From NCBI GenBank assembly GCA_040954595.2, contig CM082579.2, positions 16,282,550 to 16,346,549 of the forward strand: DNA of 64,000 bases. The letters are read 5' to 3'. Shown here one piece after another: positions 1 through 11,859 of the stretch. The DNA comes from Balanoglossus misakiensis. Its lineage: Eukaryota; Animalia; Hemichordata. The notes under the pieces are model-generated. The model saw nothing but the letters and a program-made list of their open reading frames with translations. It did not search any database and was not told the DNA's origin. Each line of letters opens with the position of its first letter. Position 1 is the stretch's first letter. Both the position numbers and the translations under genes were made by a program.

Positions 1-24
1 GGTAAAATGCTAATTTATGTTAAT

Positions 25-3000
25 TAGGTCCAGGTGGAAATTTCAGAAAATGAGCATTTTAAAAGCATGTCATTCATTTTTTTGGTACAAGCTGGGAACA
101 AGTTGTTTTTGGATATTTCGAATACGCTGATTTCGAATTTGCCTGTTCCCAAAAATTCTTTTCACGTTTTCATGTCGAAAATGGCAAATTAATTTGTGAC
201 GTCATAATTTAGAAATACCTAAAAGAAAACGCTGTTTGTAGCCATTATGGTGCAATATCACAGGTCAACACCATAATAGTCTATTGAAATCATATTCTTA
301 TATCATTTAAATATTTTTAAACAATTTTTTTAATTTAGAAACATTTTGTGAATTGGTAAAAATGCTAATTTATGTTAATTAGGTGACACGCCCATCTAAA
401 ATCAATGGTCTACAAAAGAGAGCCAACGATGTTAAGTGAGGTGTCTATTCCAATGTTTTCAGGGTCAAGGAATTCAAATATGCAATCGTTTACCTTGTCA
501 GACAAGGTGCAGCATGGAAAATATGCAAAATTAGCTTAATTAGTCATGATGTCATGCTAAAATTGACAACTGAAAGCTAATGATACAACTCTGGCCTGTG
601 AGGTGTCTATTCACATGTTTTTTGGCAAATGTTTGCATTTTAATGAATAACTGAAATGAAACTTTTCATATTTGTATGTACATGTAATAGCATGTAAAAA
701 ACAACAAAAACAAACAAATAAACATACATGTATATACATGTATGTTTAATCCACTTGGGTGTCGTACTTGGCTCAGATGTGCGTTAATGTGTACTAAACA
801 AATTCAGATAGCGAGCCACAATATCTGTTGATGAGTTTCCATGGCAACCATTTTTTCATTTTCTTCAAAATGGCCGCCAATACAGATAATCTCACCCACA
901 AAATAACAATTATAAAACACCACAATAAATTCATATTACAATATTTGAAACAAGAAACTGCTCAAAGAGTAATTTTCAAAATATATATCATCACTAAACT
1001 AGTTATAGGGGTAAATACAGGATCGAGATTCAGTCGCTAAAGAAATTCAAGTTTGGTAATAACCCCGGTTACAACAAACTTAGTTAAAACACTGTATAAC
1101 CATATATATATTATAATAGTGGTCTGGCATAAACACAATTTTCGTAACATTTGGGCATTTTGTGATAAAAGTTTAACAAGTAAAGCTCAGTTGATTCGTT
1201 ATTTTCCCCATAAAAATATCTTTGATGAACAAAATTCCAAATTTAGTCAACCCAGGAAAAAACGGCATCTTGTTTCTCAACCTTATAAATTGATCTGACC
1301 AGTTTCAATCAGTGCAGAATCCAGCTTTTCTATTTTATCTTCATCAAATGATTCATGCAAATAAAGAATCACTTCCCCATAAAATGGTGGCAGAAAGCAA
1401 GTATCATGACAGTCGATTGGTTTGTTAAAGTTACTATAGAAACAAACTATGTCTAGGGTGCATGTACATAGATAGATGTTAGGAATCAAAATCTGTTTCA
1501 AACTTTTCATCCAATACTTGTCCTTCGGAAAGCGTTTTGATGAAGTCGCTTGAAGTGCTTTGTATTGCTCATGTTATCGATAATTTTAATCGCACCTTGA
1601 TGATAGTCAGCAGTTCTATTTTGACATGTTATTTTGTGTATTTTTGAACCCCCAAAATCAAAGAATAAAATGATAAAGTGAAAATAAGCTTCAAAACACC
1701 AAAAGTCTTCAGGATCACAGCTTTTCTGTAAAGAGTAAGATTTCGCTTACTTCATGCTATTAAATGAAATGAAGTTTTCCGTAATATCTCTTGCAAAGTC
1801 AGATCTTTACACATTGAGATATTAGAATGGAAGTACATTCCAAGTGACTTGTTGGGAGCCTTGGGGCACCTAATCCCAGAAAATTGCAATAAGACCTGTT
1901 TTTCCATTTACCAATCTAAAGGCCAACTGCTTGTATATTTAGTTGGGTTTCTATAATTAACACACATTTTTGACAATATTTATGGCATGATGGACACTAT
2001 TCTCGACAAATAAAATAATGTTGTGTCCTCCGGTGTAATTTTTATGAGTTTGGAATCATAGACACCATTTATCTTTTGGTCAACTCTGTTAACAGTCGCC
2101 AAAATTGCTGGAGTGGAACTGATACATGATCTAAAGTATCAAGACATATGGTCGATTATTAACGTTTCAGCAATTTGACTTAAGTTTCTTTAATTTCCTA
2201 TGGCATTTTGAAAAACATCAACGCCCCGAAAAAACGTTGTCAACTCTGCGGTGGCGATTGTGGTCGAAACAAAGCCGCGTGGTTCGTTACCCGGGGTCCA
2301 TTTAGATTGCATTGCGTTTGAGGCCCTATGTGTATGTCTGTCGACCAATAAACGTGACGACCGCGGACTCAGTTTGGATCAACGTCTATTTCGGGCAGTG
2401 GACTCTCCTATCAAGTTGATAAGGAAATGTTACGAGTCACGAGTAAGCCAAGCCCACATCCGTGTGCAATTCGAATATATCGGTGATCTGTTTATATGAT
2501 TATCATTAGCTAAGGTGGTAAACTGTTGTGATTCATATGTGTAATTTACGTACTGCAAGTTAAATATCGCAATTAGCCTAATGTTTGACCATAGACAGTA
2601 TGAAAGTTGTGCCTTTAAATTGTGTTTTGATAACTTACTTACCCCTATAAGTAGTTTAGTAACCATAATATCTTTGCAAATTATTCTTTCCACAGTTCCT
2701 TGTATCAAATATAGTAATCTAAATTTATTTTGGTGTTTACAGATGTTATTTGGTGGGTGAAATTATCTGTATTGGTGGCCATTTTGAAAAATTGGTTGCC
2801 ATGGAAACTCATCAACAGATATTTAGTGGCTCCCTATCTGAATTTTTTTAGTACACATTAACACACATCTGAGCCAAGTTTGGTGCTTTTATCACAAAAT
2901 GCACAATCGCTATGAAAATTAGGGTTTGGCCGCTCCACTACAGGGCTTTAGACGGCCATATTGAATTGCCACATCGAGGCTCTTATCTCAAAATGAACTT

Positions 3001-3476
3001 CACACTTGAAGTGTTGTTTTGAACAAGGTTTAAGTCCTTTATTAAAATAAAGAAAAGGTAATTTTTTTCAATGATTGCGAGTTTTTAGTACATGTACTGT
3101 TACACCTAGCTTTATTATTATTTGTTAGCCAAAAATCAACGAATTATTCATACAATATGCAAATTTTTGCATAATTATTGTTTTATTGTTGATAGTTTGT
3201 GTTTATACAACCAAAAACGTTGTTGTTGTAAACATGTATTTTATTTTCATTGTTTAAGGAGGTACGTGAACATTTCTTTGATGCTATTCATGTGAGAATT
3301 GCGATCCTTGGCGGCCATATTTGATTTGCCAAAACGAGGCTCTTATCTCAAAAAGATCTTTTGGGAACAGGCATTTTCGAAATCAGCGTAGTCGAATTGA
3401 CCAAAAAACATATTTGGTTTGCTTGTACCAAAAAATGCCAGAGGGGGTCACAATTTCTCAAATCTCCACCTGACTA
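25..3476. mobile_element. Degenerate outer TIR DNA transposon with TAG termini (Academ-like), containing nested insertions
   Basis: 25-160 (taggtccaggtggaaatttcagaaaatg...tttggtacaagc...tacgctgatttcga...gcctgttcccaaaa) is an imperfect inverted repeat of ~3355-3476 (ttttgggaacaggc...tcgaaatcagcgta...gcttgtaccaaaaaa...tctccacctgacta). No clean TSD. Superfamily inferred only from the TAG...CTA ends. Confidence 0.45.
766..2940. mobile_element. Inner TIR DNA transposon (Academ-like), left terminus truncated
   Basis: 766-~1015 is an imperfect inverted repeat of ~2635-2879 (acttggctcagatgtg...tttccatggcaacc...aaaatggccgcc). Right end is ...cgctccacta at 2940. The same right arm recurs in each complete array unit (~14675-15097, ~36110-36531, ~51832-52253). 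Confidence 0.6.
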
Positions 3477-3514
3477 ATAGCAACGGGCAAAAAGATCCGG
3501 GGGACCCATCTTAA

Positions 3515-3820
3515 AGGGACAAAGTCTCTCTCTCGCTGCCCCTTTTCCATTAATTATGTTTGATACCAGACACCGTTTATGTTATTCTACATGTGGATAT
3601 ATAGTGAATCACGTTTGACCACACACAACTTCCATCCCTTTTGAAGGCACGATAGGGAAACGCTCTCCAAAATGAATAATCAGTGTTCACCATTTTTTCA
3701 TTTGGGTGAGATTTTACTCTCATATCCTACAAACAGGATGGAAGTTCTGTGTGGTTGAACGCTGATTCACTATATCTATAATTAATGAAAAAAGGGCAGC
3801 AAGAGAGAGACTTTGTCCCT
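3515..3820. mobile_element. Largely palindromic MITE, TTAA-type target (Kolobok-like)
   Basis: TIRs agggacaaagtctctctct...gctgccc and gggcagc...agagagagactttgtccct, plus an inner inverted repeat (tatagtgaatca...cttccatcc / ggatggaag...tgattcactata). Flanks are ttaa and ataa. Confidence 0.75.
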
Positions 3821-3913
3821 ATAAAAGGAGTTTTTACCTTATACTTCTTTGAATTAAAGTAAAAAGAATCATTTTTGTGACACAACAGCTTTAATTTTGA
3901 TTGATATTTTTCA

Positions 3914-4326
3914 GGATGTACGCGCAGAACATAAACCGGAAACAGTGCGCGCCCGGTCTTTTTCGCATAGGATTACATTGAAAATTGCTAGAAAACAAAC
4001 TTCTACTATTGTCATTTTCACGAAATTTTACACATAGCTCAGTCCAGCAAATATAAATTCATTGGTCAAATAAAATATAGGGGTCACCGCGCTCTATTTT
4101 TAGATAAATTGCGTCAAAAATTTTGCCCATAGACAAACCATTGGTGAAAAATGCTGAGTCAGCAGTTTTCTTCTATTATCGACTAAATTCATGGCTCTTT
4201 ATTTCAAAAACAAGCGCGGTTACCCCTATATTTTATTACGGATTTTCATTATACATACAAAGGAGAATCCAAAAATCCACAATTAAAAAAAATGACAATA
4301 CTTTCAATTTTACTGAACGTACATCC
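3914..4326. mobile_element. MITE with GGATGTACG TIRs and TTAA-type target (Kolobok-like)
   Basis: Termini ggatgtacg / cgtacatcc; flanks ttca and ttaa. The same family occurs in the opposite orientation at 15113-15529 and its array copies, confirming a dispersed repeat. Confidence 0.8.
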
Positions 4327-4363
4327 TTAATGCAACAAGTGTTCTTCTATTCTTTGTTCTCAG

Positions 4364-5669
4364 TTGTCTTCGGATCCCAAACATGTGGCTTTCAAACCAG
4401 TTTTTGAAATGTACCTGGCTGAGCTGTCAAATGCTGCCACATCACTGGCATTCAAAAGCCGTGTCTTGGATATTCTTTACTTCTTTGCAAGGTTACCACA
4501 GCCAGAACTTGCACAGCTACAGTGAGTACATATTTCAGGTGTTAAGATGAGGCACCCGTATCTTTTGGCCATTGCTGTGGGCCTTTACAGGAGAGTTGAC
4601 TCGCTTTTGAACAAAACCACTATGAACGTCCATCAAGGGGCTTGTTACTGTAGTTAAAATATGTACGATTGTGTGCACACCCCGTATCCAAGTATGGATA
4701 CGGGAGCTACCAACCGGCCATAGGCCACCATGCTAGTACGGCAAAGCAATGGTCAGCGCCAGCGTGAGTATCCTGTAACCACAGTAACTGGATCAAACAC
4801 TAAAATTCCACTGATTTTGTACACTGGATTTAGTATCGTAAAAAAAATCCCTAAGACATTTTGTACAGGCCACGTACGCTAGTCCGATTTCACCTGTTCA
4901 CAGAGAACACACTTCCGCATAGCGTGAAGGATCGATTTAGCGGTTATCAACGCACTAAGAGCGATACCGATGGAAGAGTGCGTCCAAAAACACCCAAAAT
5001 CGGTGACTTGTTCAGGGGTGGTATATGTATGCTGAAATCCACAGATACAACAACCATATTCGAAAACAAATTCCTTCACGGTCTTCTCTGGTTCGAGCAC
5101 CTAACAAATATGTAATCAATTTCGTATTTGACGTCACAGACTGAAAAGTGGTAGGATTTTGAAATTTGAGTTAGCTAATTTTCATATGAATGGCTTCAGG
5201 GGGCACGCGCTCACAATTGTGCAGATTTTCAACTAGGTACCAGCCCCTTCTTAGACTAGTCCAAATCTGGGTGTAATGTCCCAAAGCGACCCATAGCAAT
5301 GGGTAAAATGATATGGGTGCCCCATCTTAAGGATATAGAGTCATTTCAGTTAAAAAGTATTGTCATTTCTTAGGATTCTTGACTTAGTACATCATAACAT
5401 GTTATTGAAATCCATATCTAGTTTAGTGAAATACAAGGCCGTGAATTTAGAGGATAAATGGATAAAATATGATCACATTTTTACAGGTACCATTTGGTAT
5501 TTGTATATATATACATGTATCATTGGGACCTTTAATAAAATTCTATTCACAAAAAATATATTTCAGAGGTTGTCTGAACAATATGGTAGCTGATAATTTT
5601 CCCTTGAAATCATCATAATTTAATGTTGGCAGCCAGAAATACAATGATTATGTGGGAGCTTTTGGAAAG
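4364..5669 (+). pseudogene. PRKDC: Two exons (4364-4521, 5567-5669) of a DNA-PKcs-like gene fragment with in-frame stop
   Basis: Canonical AG/GT splice sites with compatible phases (0-2, 2-0). Joined translation LSSDPKHVAFKPVFEMYLAELSNAATSLAFKSRVLDILYFFARLPQPELAQLQGCLNNMVADNFPLKSS*FNVGSQKYNDYVGAFGK resembles the DNA-PKcs central HEAT region as recalled (F..VF..Y...L......L..K.....L.FF..L......L...L......FP..S.EF..G....N.YV...K). TAA at 5616-5618. Identity is from recall, not a search. Confidence 0.7.
4546..5326. mobile_element. Intronic MITE with perfect TTAA TSD (Kolobok-like)
   Basis: ~37-bp imperfect TIRs gatgaggcacccgtatcttttggccattgctgtggg / cccatagcaatgggtaaaatgatatgggtgccccatc; TTAA at 4542-4545 and 5327-5330. 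Confidence 0.8.
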
Positions 5670-5822
5670 GTGAGAGTTATGCTGTATAATTATGTGGTTT
5701 TGGTTTCAAGAACATTAATTTTTTTATGTAGAGCATTACATAATAAATTATCAGAATGCACCATTGAACGATAAACTGTCAACAGTAAACAGAGTACCTA
5801 ATGGGGAACAATATATGTAATA

Positions 5823-6100
5823 TAGTGCAGGAGCTTAACCCCACATTTTGGCATAATTGTGCACTTTGGGTTAAAAGCATAAAACTTGGTACACTTATGC
5901 ATTGACCCATGGCGGCCATTTTCTGATATGGATCCAAAATGACAGCGCCCTCTAGTGGCCAGAAACAGACATTCATACTTAAAAATTGTGCACTTTGGGT
6001 TAAAAGCATGAAATTTGGTACAATTATTCATTGACCCATGGCGGACATTTTCCAATATGGATCCCAAAAGACAGCGCCCTCTAGTGGCTAGAAACTGACA
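5823..6100. mobile_element. TAG-terminus transposon end (Academ-like) with two 129-bp tandem subterminal repeats
   Basis: Starts tagtgcaggagcttaaccccacattttggcataattgtgcacttt...aaaagc...aaacttgg, similar in style to the 2940 and 15097 ends. attgtgcactttgggttaaaagcat...gacagcgccctctagtggc repeats at a 129-bp offset. Confidence 0.55.
5945..6087 (-). promoter_or_regulatory. Two CTCF-consensus-like motifs (5945-5958, 6074-6087)
   Basis: gcgccctctagtgg is the reverse complement of CCACTAGAGGGCGC, matching the CTCF core consensus. Binding is not demonstrated. Confidence 0.4.
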
Positions 6101-6586
6101 TTTACACTTTTCCCCCCATTAATGACACTTTTTGGGCAAGTTTAACACTCAGAGACAGGAATGTGGGTTGTAAAACATGCTTGCTGCCATACATCCCTTT
6201 GAATATTATCCTAATCCTGATGTACATGCATCAGATCAATCTTGAATGTTACTAATTGAACAATTTGTTCTTCGAAATAACAACCAGTTCAATACACAAA
6301 GTCATGCAAAGGGGTAATACAACACCTCTTCTCCAGAAATTCAAGGGTTCTCGAGAATACAGGCAGCTCCTAAAGAACACGTGCTGTGAGAAACCTAGCA
6401 AAGCTATATCAAACCAACAGAATCCCAGTGGAAATCAAGTTGGACAACTCTTAGTCAAGCCCAAGAAAAGAGTCAACCTCAGGAAATCAGTGGCCAAAAG
6501 TCATGCACATGTTTCTGTAGGTGCTTTAGGTCTAGTCTGACAGCAGTGGACATTGTTACTGTGAAGGAAGATGTAATCAAGATTGC

Positions 6587-9500
6587 CCAACTCCTGCACA
6601 GCATATACCTGTGCCTGTACTGGTTGCTATGAGGGTAACCGTTGTGAAATATGTAAGTTTCTGACGTACCGTAAATGACAATCTTTTGGGCACTTTCTCT
6701 TCATGGCAATTGAATTGTGTGGTAACTTCTCATTTCTAAAATTTCCACAAGAGAAAAGAAAACAGAAATTTCATTTGTATGTCCGTGCAATTTAGGATAG
6801 GCACGAACTTGTGAGGAAGTGTACGAAGCTGGATGTTTTCATCACTCAAATATACAAGAGTTGCCTCTTGAAGACTAGTGTCTGTAGAGATAATTGTGCA
6901 TATGAGGTAATCTCTCCTAAGGTGGTGCACACATCTGAGTATAAAGTAAAAGAGACGTCCTTAATTATCCTTACTATTTGGCTTGAAAAATCAATCTTAC
7001 TAGGTGTTCTGATTAGAGAGGTGTCCATAAAGACAGGTTTTACTGTATTACCCAAAATAGAGACATTGTCCCTTCATCATATACTTAATGCGTGTTCTGG
7101 GTATGGTTCCAGTATAATGCTTGTGTCAAAGGATTTTGTTGTGGTGCAGGAATCATCTTTGGTTGAGGTGTAGCCATCTGCATTTCATGTTTTTTAAACT
7201 ATTTTTTTTCTGATAGTCATTAACCCATGTGATCAGAATCCGTGTCAAAATGGAGGCTATTGTTCCCAAACACCAAATTCTTATACTGACTACACCTGTT
7301 ACTGCCAGTAGTGTTGGACTGGGGCCATCTGTGCCGTAGGTGTGTCGAATTACTGTTTTATGACACAGCGTGGTATATAAACCCTCATTTTTGGTATTCT
7401 CAATGTGATAGATGGACCCATACACCAATAAATGGGGTGGAAGCATTACTAAGTTTCATCCTTTCAAAATTTGCTGATGTAGGGTCAAAATTGAGTGTGA
7501 GGTGCACGTTAAAAAGGAAAGCCTTCTGTATCATGTTGACGGCACATTTTTTAATTTTTCAAGATTCTTACAGAAAAATCCTAGCAATAGCATCATTATG
7601 TTATTTTAAAATGTACAGGTTTGAAACAAGGAATGAAGACATTGCTCACATATTTAAACGAAATGAACATCACAAGTACATGTACAAGTTTTTGACAAGC
7701 AGGTAATTGATACTTTCATTTTTGTTTTGGCAGCCATTGATCAGTTATACTCTATGCCTTGTCAAAATGGTGCACATGCGTTGCGCGAGACGGCTGTTTC
7801 CTGTTTGACTGTATGTGTACCGAATGCTTCACTGGTGCCACATGTACAATGCGTAAGTACAAACTAATATTATTTTATTCAATGCAAAACACTTGTTATG
7901 TATTATATAATATAAGTACGGTACACATATTAAAGCCCTGGTAACTCAAACTTTGGGCTAGCTCAATGTTATCACTATTTTTGTTTTCGGTTGCAACTGT
8001 GGTTTCTTGTCACACTCTAAAGGATTTCACAGCATTTGGTTTTTCAAAACAGCCCTTTGGTTGTTGTCATGTATACATGTACATGACTGTGGAGTGTAGT
8101 TTGTAGATTCTGTAATTTTGACAATATCTTGACTGCACATCCCACAGCTGTCAACCAGTGTCAACCCATCCAGTGTCAGAATGGTGGAAACTGTGTGCTG
8201 ACGCCCAATTGGTGTACTGAATTCACATGCTCCTGTACAAGCTGTTACTCCGGCGATTTATGTCAGACATGTGAGTGATTTTAAATTTCAGATGAAGAGG
8301 AACATAATAACATAACACATAATCGGCTTGCAGTTGGTTTCTTCCAACCTGTATCAAACAGTGAATAACGACACAATTTTGGGGAAATTTATTAAGAATG
8401 TGTGTGCCATAAAAGGGGATTGTGTATTTGACCAAACAACAACCTGCACCGTATGGTACACTAAGACACTATTACACCTGTGTCAAAATTTCATTACGTT
8501 TCTTTTGTTGAACATGGAAGAAATTTGTCACAGTGATGTTCTGTTGACCAACTGAGATTTTTACCACTCAACCCTGACTGCACAAATCTGTTTAAAGTAT
8601 ATGTAGTAAATATTAACTGTACACAATTTATATCACTTTCTCTTCTGTGCACAGATTTGAATCCGTGTCAGCCCAACCCTTGTCTAAACAGTGGATTCTG
8701 CCAGCAAGTGTCCTGCACCGAGTTCAGATGCCAGAGTTCGCGCTGTTTCATCGGAACCACGTGCGCTGAACGTAAGCAAACCAGTGTCAGATTTGCCGCA
8801 CAAAGTAGAAATCGCTGGGCTTTGTCATTGATATTGTCTCAATAAAGTTGCCTGTGATTGTGCAGCTAACCAAGAGACTTATATGCACTACCGTAGCCAT
8901 GATGTATACTTTCATTGACTCAAATGCTCATCAGAGTAGATGTTGCTATTTTTCCAACCGTAAATTGAAACATCAGAAAGTTATGACATCAACTACCCCC
9001 ACCCCCACCCCACCCCACCCCCAACTAGTAAATATTATAAGATGCTGTAATTATGATAAAGATGGTAGCACCAAGCTTGGATCAAGTGGTCTTCATTATC
9101 CTTCACACATGAACATGATCACACGGATGTGCAATCTTCTGACAGTCTGCTACAGATTTCACTTCCCACTCAAGTGTGTAAGACCCTAATGTGATACTTT
9201 TCATTTCTCTCACCCTTAGCGATCAACCAGTGTCTTCTAAACCCATGTCTGAATAACGGAGTGTATCAGCCACTTCAAGGCTCCTGCTCAATCTACACCT
9301 GCAACTGTCCAACCTGCTACACTGGGCAAACATGTGTTACATGTAAGTCACAAGTTTTTAGGTCCCATTGGTATGTACCATGGGACCTTATGGGATTGGT
9401 TACGTCTGTATGTATGGATGGATGGATGGATGGATGTATGTCTGTATGTCCGTCCACATCGAAAACTTGAAAACCGCAGCGCGTATGACCTCGATATTTG

Positions 9501-11398
9501 GCGTGTAGATGCAGGCAGGGCTGTAGATGGGAGTTTGTTCAAATGAAGATGTCATTGCCAAAAATATGCAAATTAGCTGGGAAAATGTGAAATTGGTCAA
9601 AACTCAAAAACTGGACAACCACTGGTCATATTGATTTGAAAATTGGTATGCATGTACCTTATATCAACCTCATACAATCCTGTATGTTTTGAGCTAATAT
9701 TATCGATTTCCTATTTTTTTTGCATTTTTTTGTATTTTTCCATGTTATTGGTAAAAAGTCTTTGAAATTTAGTATGAAGCCTCCTAATGTTGTCTAAGTA
9801 ACCATAGTTTTGTTCAAATTGTTGCAAAATTTGCATATCTATAATTTTGAGCAATATTTGCCATTTTTGGTCAAAAAATGTTTTTCTTTAAAACCTCATG
9901 CCAGATTGCTTTCCAATTTGGTAGGCATGATCGTAGGGGTAACCTAAATAATATGTTGTAAAAAAAAAGATATTTGCATAAATGTGTTATCGGGGAAACT
10001 TTTGCAATTTTTGTCAAAAATTGTTTTCTCTGAAACCGCTTGTCCTATTGCATTGAACTTAGGCAGCATGTTCCTTGTAGTGATTGAAGTAAGATATTGT
10101 ACAATTTTGGTGATATTTGCATATTTGTGTTTTTGCCACTTTTGAACAAATATTTTCTGTGAAACTGCTTGTTGGATTGCTTTGAAATTAGTTTTTTCTC
10201 TGATTGCTTTGAAATTTAGGATATAATTTCATAACACATACCTGTATATGTGCAACTTTTATTCAGTTCTGAGATCAGAAAGATTAAATATTTAGCGAGT
10301 TTTTTTGGTAAGTTTCTTAGTTTTTGGTTAGCAAATCTTCTCCTAAACAAATTGTCCAGTTGTTTTTAAAGTTACTATTTACAAGGAGTTGTTACCTCGA
10401 ACAAAGACATGTTTACATAACTTAAATAGGCCAGCTGTTACAGAGACCACCAGCTATCAAATTTTAATTACCAGTGGCAGGTCAGTGTGTGTCTGTTCCA
10501 GGGCTGACTGAAAGAAGTTGCTTCGCATATGTGTTTGTACAGACAATTTTTGGTCATTTTTTTTTCTAGCACCACTTGTAAGACTGCCATGACACATGAC
10601 AGTTTATTGGGCATGTTCCTTGTTAATGTTTTTACATTCCATATTTCTATATGGTCAGATCATATCTGCTTGCAAATGTCACCTGTAATTTTTATTCTGG
10701 TGTGTCACTGTTTCCGCATAATCCTCAAATGTCATCAGATCTCCGAATGTGATGAAAACAGTGTGTTTTGAGTGTTTTTTAAATGACCTTTTGGGTTAAA
10801 AGTGGCAAAAATGGCAATTTTGTCTTGAAAGGGGTCAATAAGACTGACTTTTTTGGAATCAGCACCATTTTTTACATTGAATGGACTAGTCTGCTCAAAC
10901 TTTCCTTACCAACAATTCTGTTTAATCTTCTGTAACATGTATACTAGTATACATGTAGCTGCCTGATAGTTTGCCCTGCGTGTGTAATTGCTGAGTGACA
11001 TAACGCATTCTGTGATTGGTGCAGTCACGTAACCACCAATGAGATCGCTTGTTATAAGGAGAACTGCACGACCTTTAACCGCATTAGCATACCTGATTTT
11101 TAGGGCTCGATATTACCTCTGAGGACGCAATATTTAAGTTGAAGTTTTTTTTCTTTTATCATATTAGAGCAAGAAGACTTGTTTTTATGTAAAAGAAATA
11201 AACCTTAATATACAGAGTGCATTTTGAAACGATAGGCAGGTCCGGCCCATAGCCTAATTCTTCATTTTTCTGTCATGCGTAGGAATTGATCAGTGCTAAC
11301 AACCCATGTCAAAATGGCAGCACTTGCCAACCCTAACCTCGTGTGGGGCATTGACGTGCACCTGCCAAGGATGCTATACTGGGAGCGCTGTGAAAATT
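6587..11398 (+). pseudogene. EGF-repeat exon cluster, 7 exons: 6587-6652 (5'-truncated), 7217-7339, 7734-7852, 8148-8270, 8655-8771, 9220-9342, 11283-11398
   Basis: AG/GT-bounded phase 1-1 exons of 116-123 bp, e.g. VNQCQPIQCQNGGNCVLTPNWCTEFTCSCTSCYSGDLCQT. Lesions: TAG at 7309-7311, 1-bp deletion in 7734-7852, frameshifts in 11283-11398, Cys losses. Confidence 0.9.
9355..11262 (+). mobile_element. DINE-1/HINE-like (Helentron-associated) non-autonomous element; also ~24235-26142, ~45692-47598, 62509->64000
   Basis: T-run then 5' hairpin aggtcccattggta-tg-taccatgggacct (9360-9388), (GGAT)n/(GTAT)n/gtcc microsatellite, degenerate ~130-180 bp core repeats (gaaaccgcttgtcc..ttgctttgaaattt), putative 3' hairpin taggc...gccta near 11233-11255. 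The 3' boundary is uncertain. Confidence 0.55.
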
Positions 11399-11859
11399 GT
11401 CAGTCAGTTTCTTTTGTCAAATTAATCAATATGTGTGGGACTGCTATACATGTATATAAAACAGAATACTGCGATGGAAAATTCTATAACTTAATGTTTC
11501 ACTGGATATATGACTTAAAGTTAGCAGGATGCAGTGAATTCAACAGAAAGTGTAATTTCCTCTTGTGTGAGCTTTGTGCGACTGTGCCAATGAAAATCCC
11601 ACCACAAACAAAAATGACAGGTATACACTGTATATTAGCAGCTTTGTCTCTGTAATAGCCATAGTGTTTTGAAGTTGAAAACTTGCAAAGTGTGCAGTTT
11701 TATTCACACTACAAAGGAAACATTGTTGAAACGGATTATCTGTGTACATTGTCAAACTGTACACTTGTCGCGAGATTTATTCTCAATTATATTATATCAT
11801 GCTACCGTCCGCAATTCTGATTGGACGAGAGCTAAATCCAGCGATGCTAAAATACTCAA

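Noticed and set aside
6256-6540. 94-aa ORF just before the array as a further PRKDC exon
   Set aside because: No resemblance to the expected continuation and no convincing splice structure.
7005-7048. Tc1/pogo-like CAGTAAAACCTGT ends here and at ~18045 as one element
   Set aside because: They point away from each other within a unit and I could not establish matching partners or a shared insertion site; treated as solo fragments.
7309-7311. Conserved TAG as programmed readthrough or recoding
   Set aside because: Conservation across copies reflects recent duplication; accompanying frameshifts and Cys losses indicate decay.
8996-9023. C-rich tract with G-quadruplex potential on the minus strand
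   Set aside because: Short simple repeat in an intron with no evidence of function.
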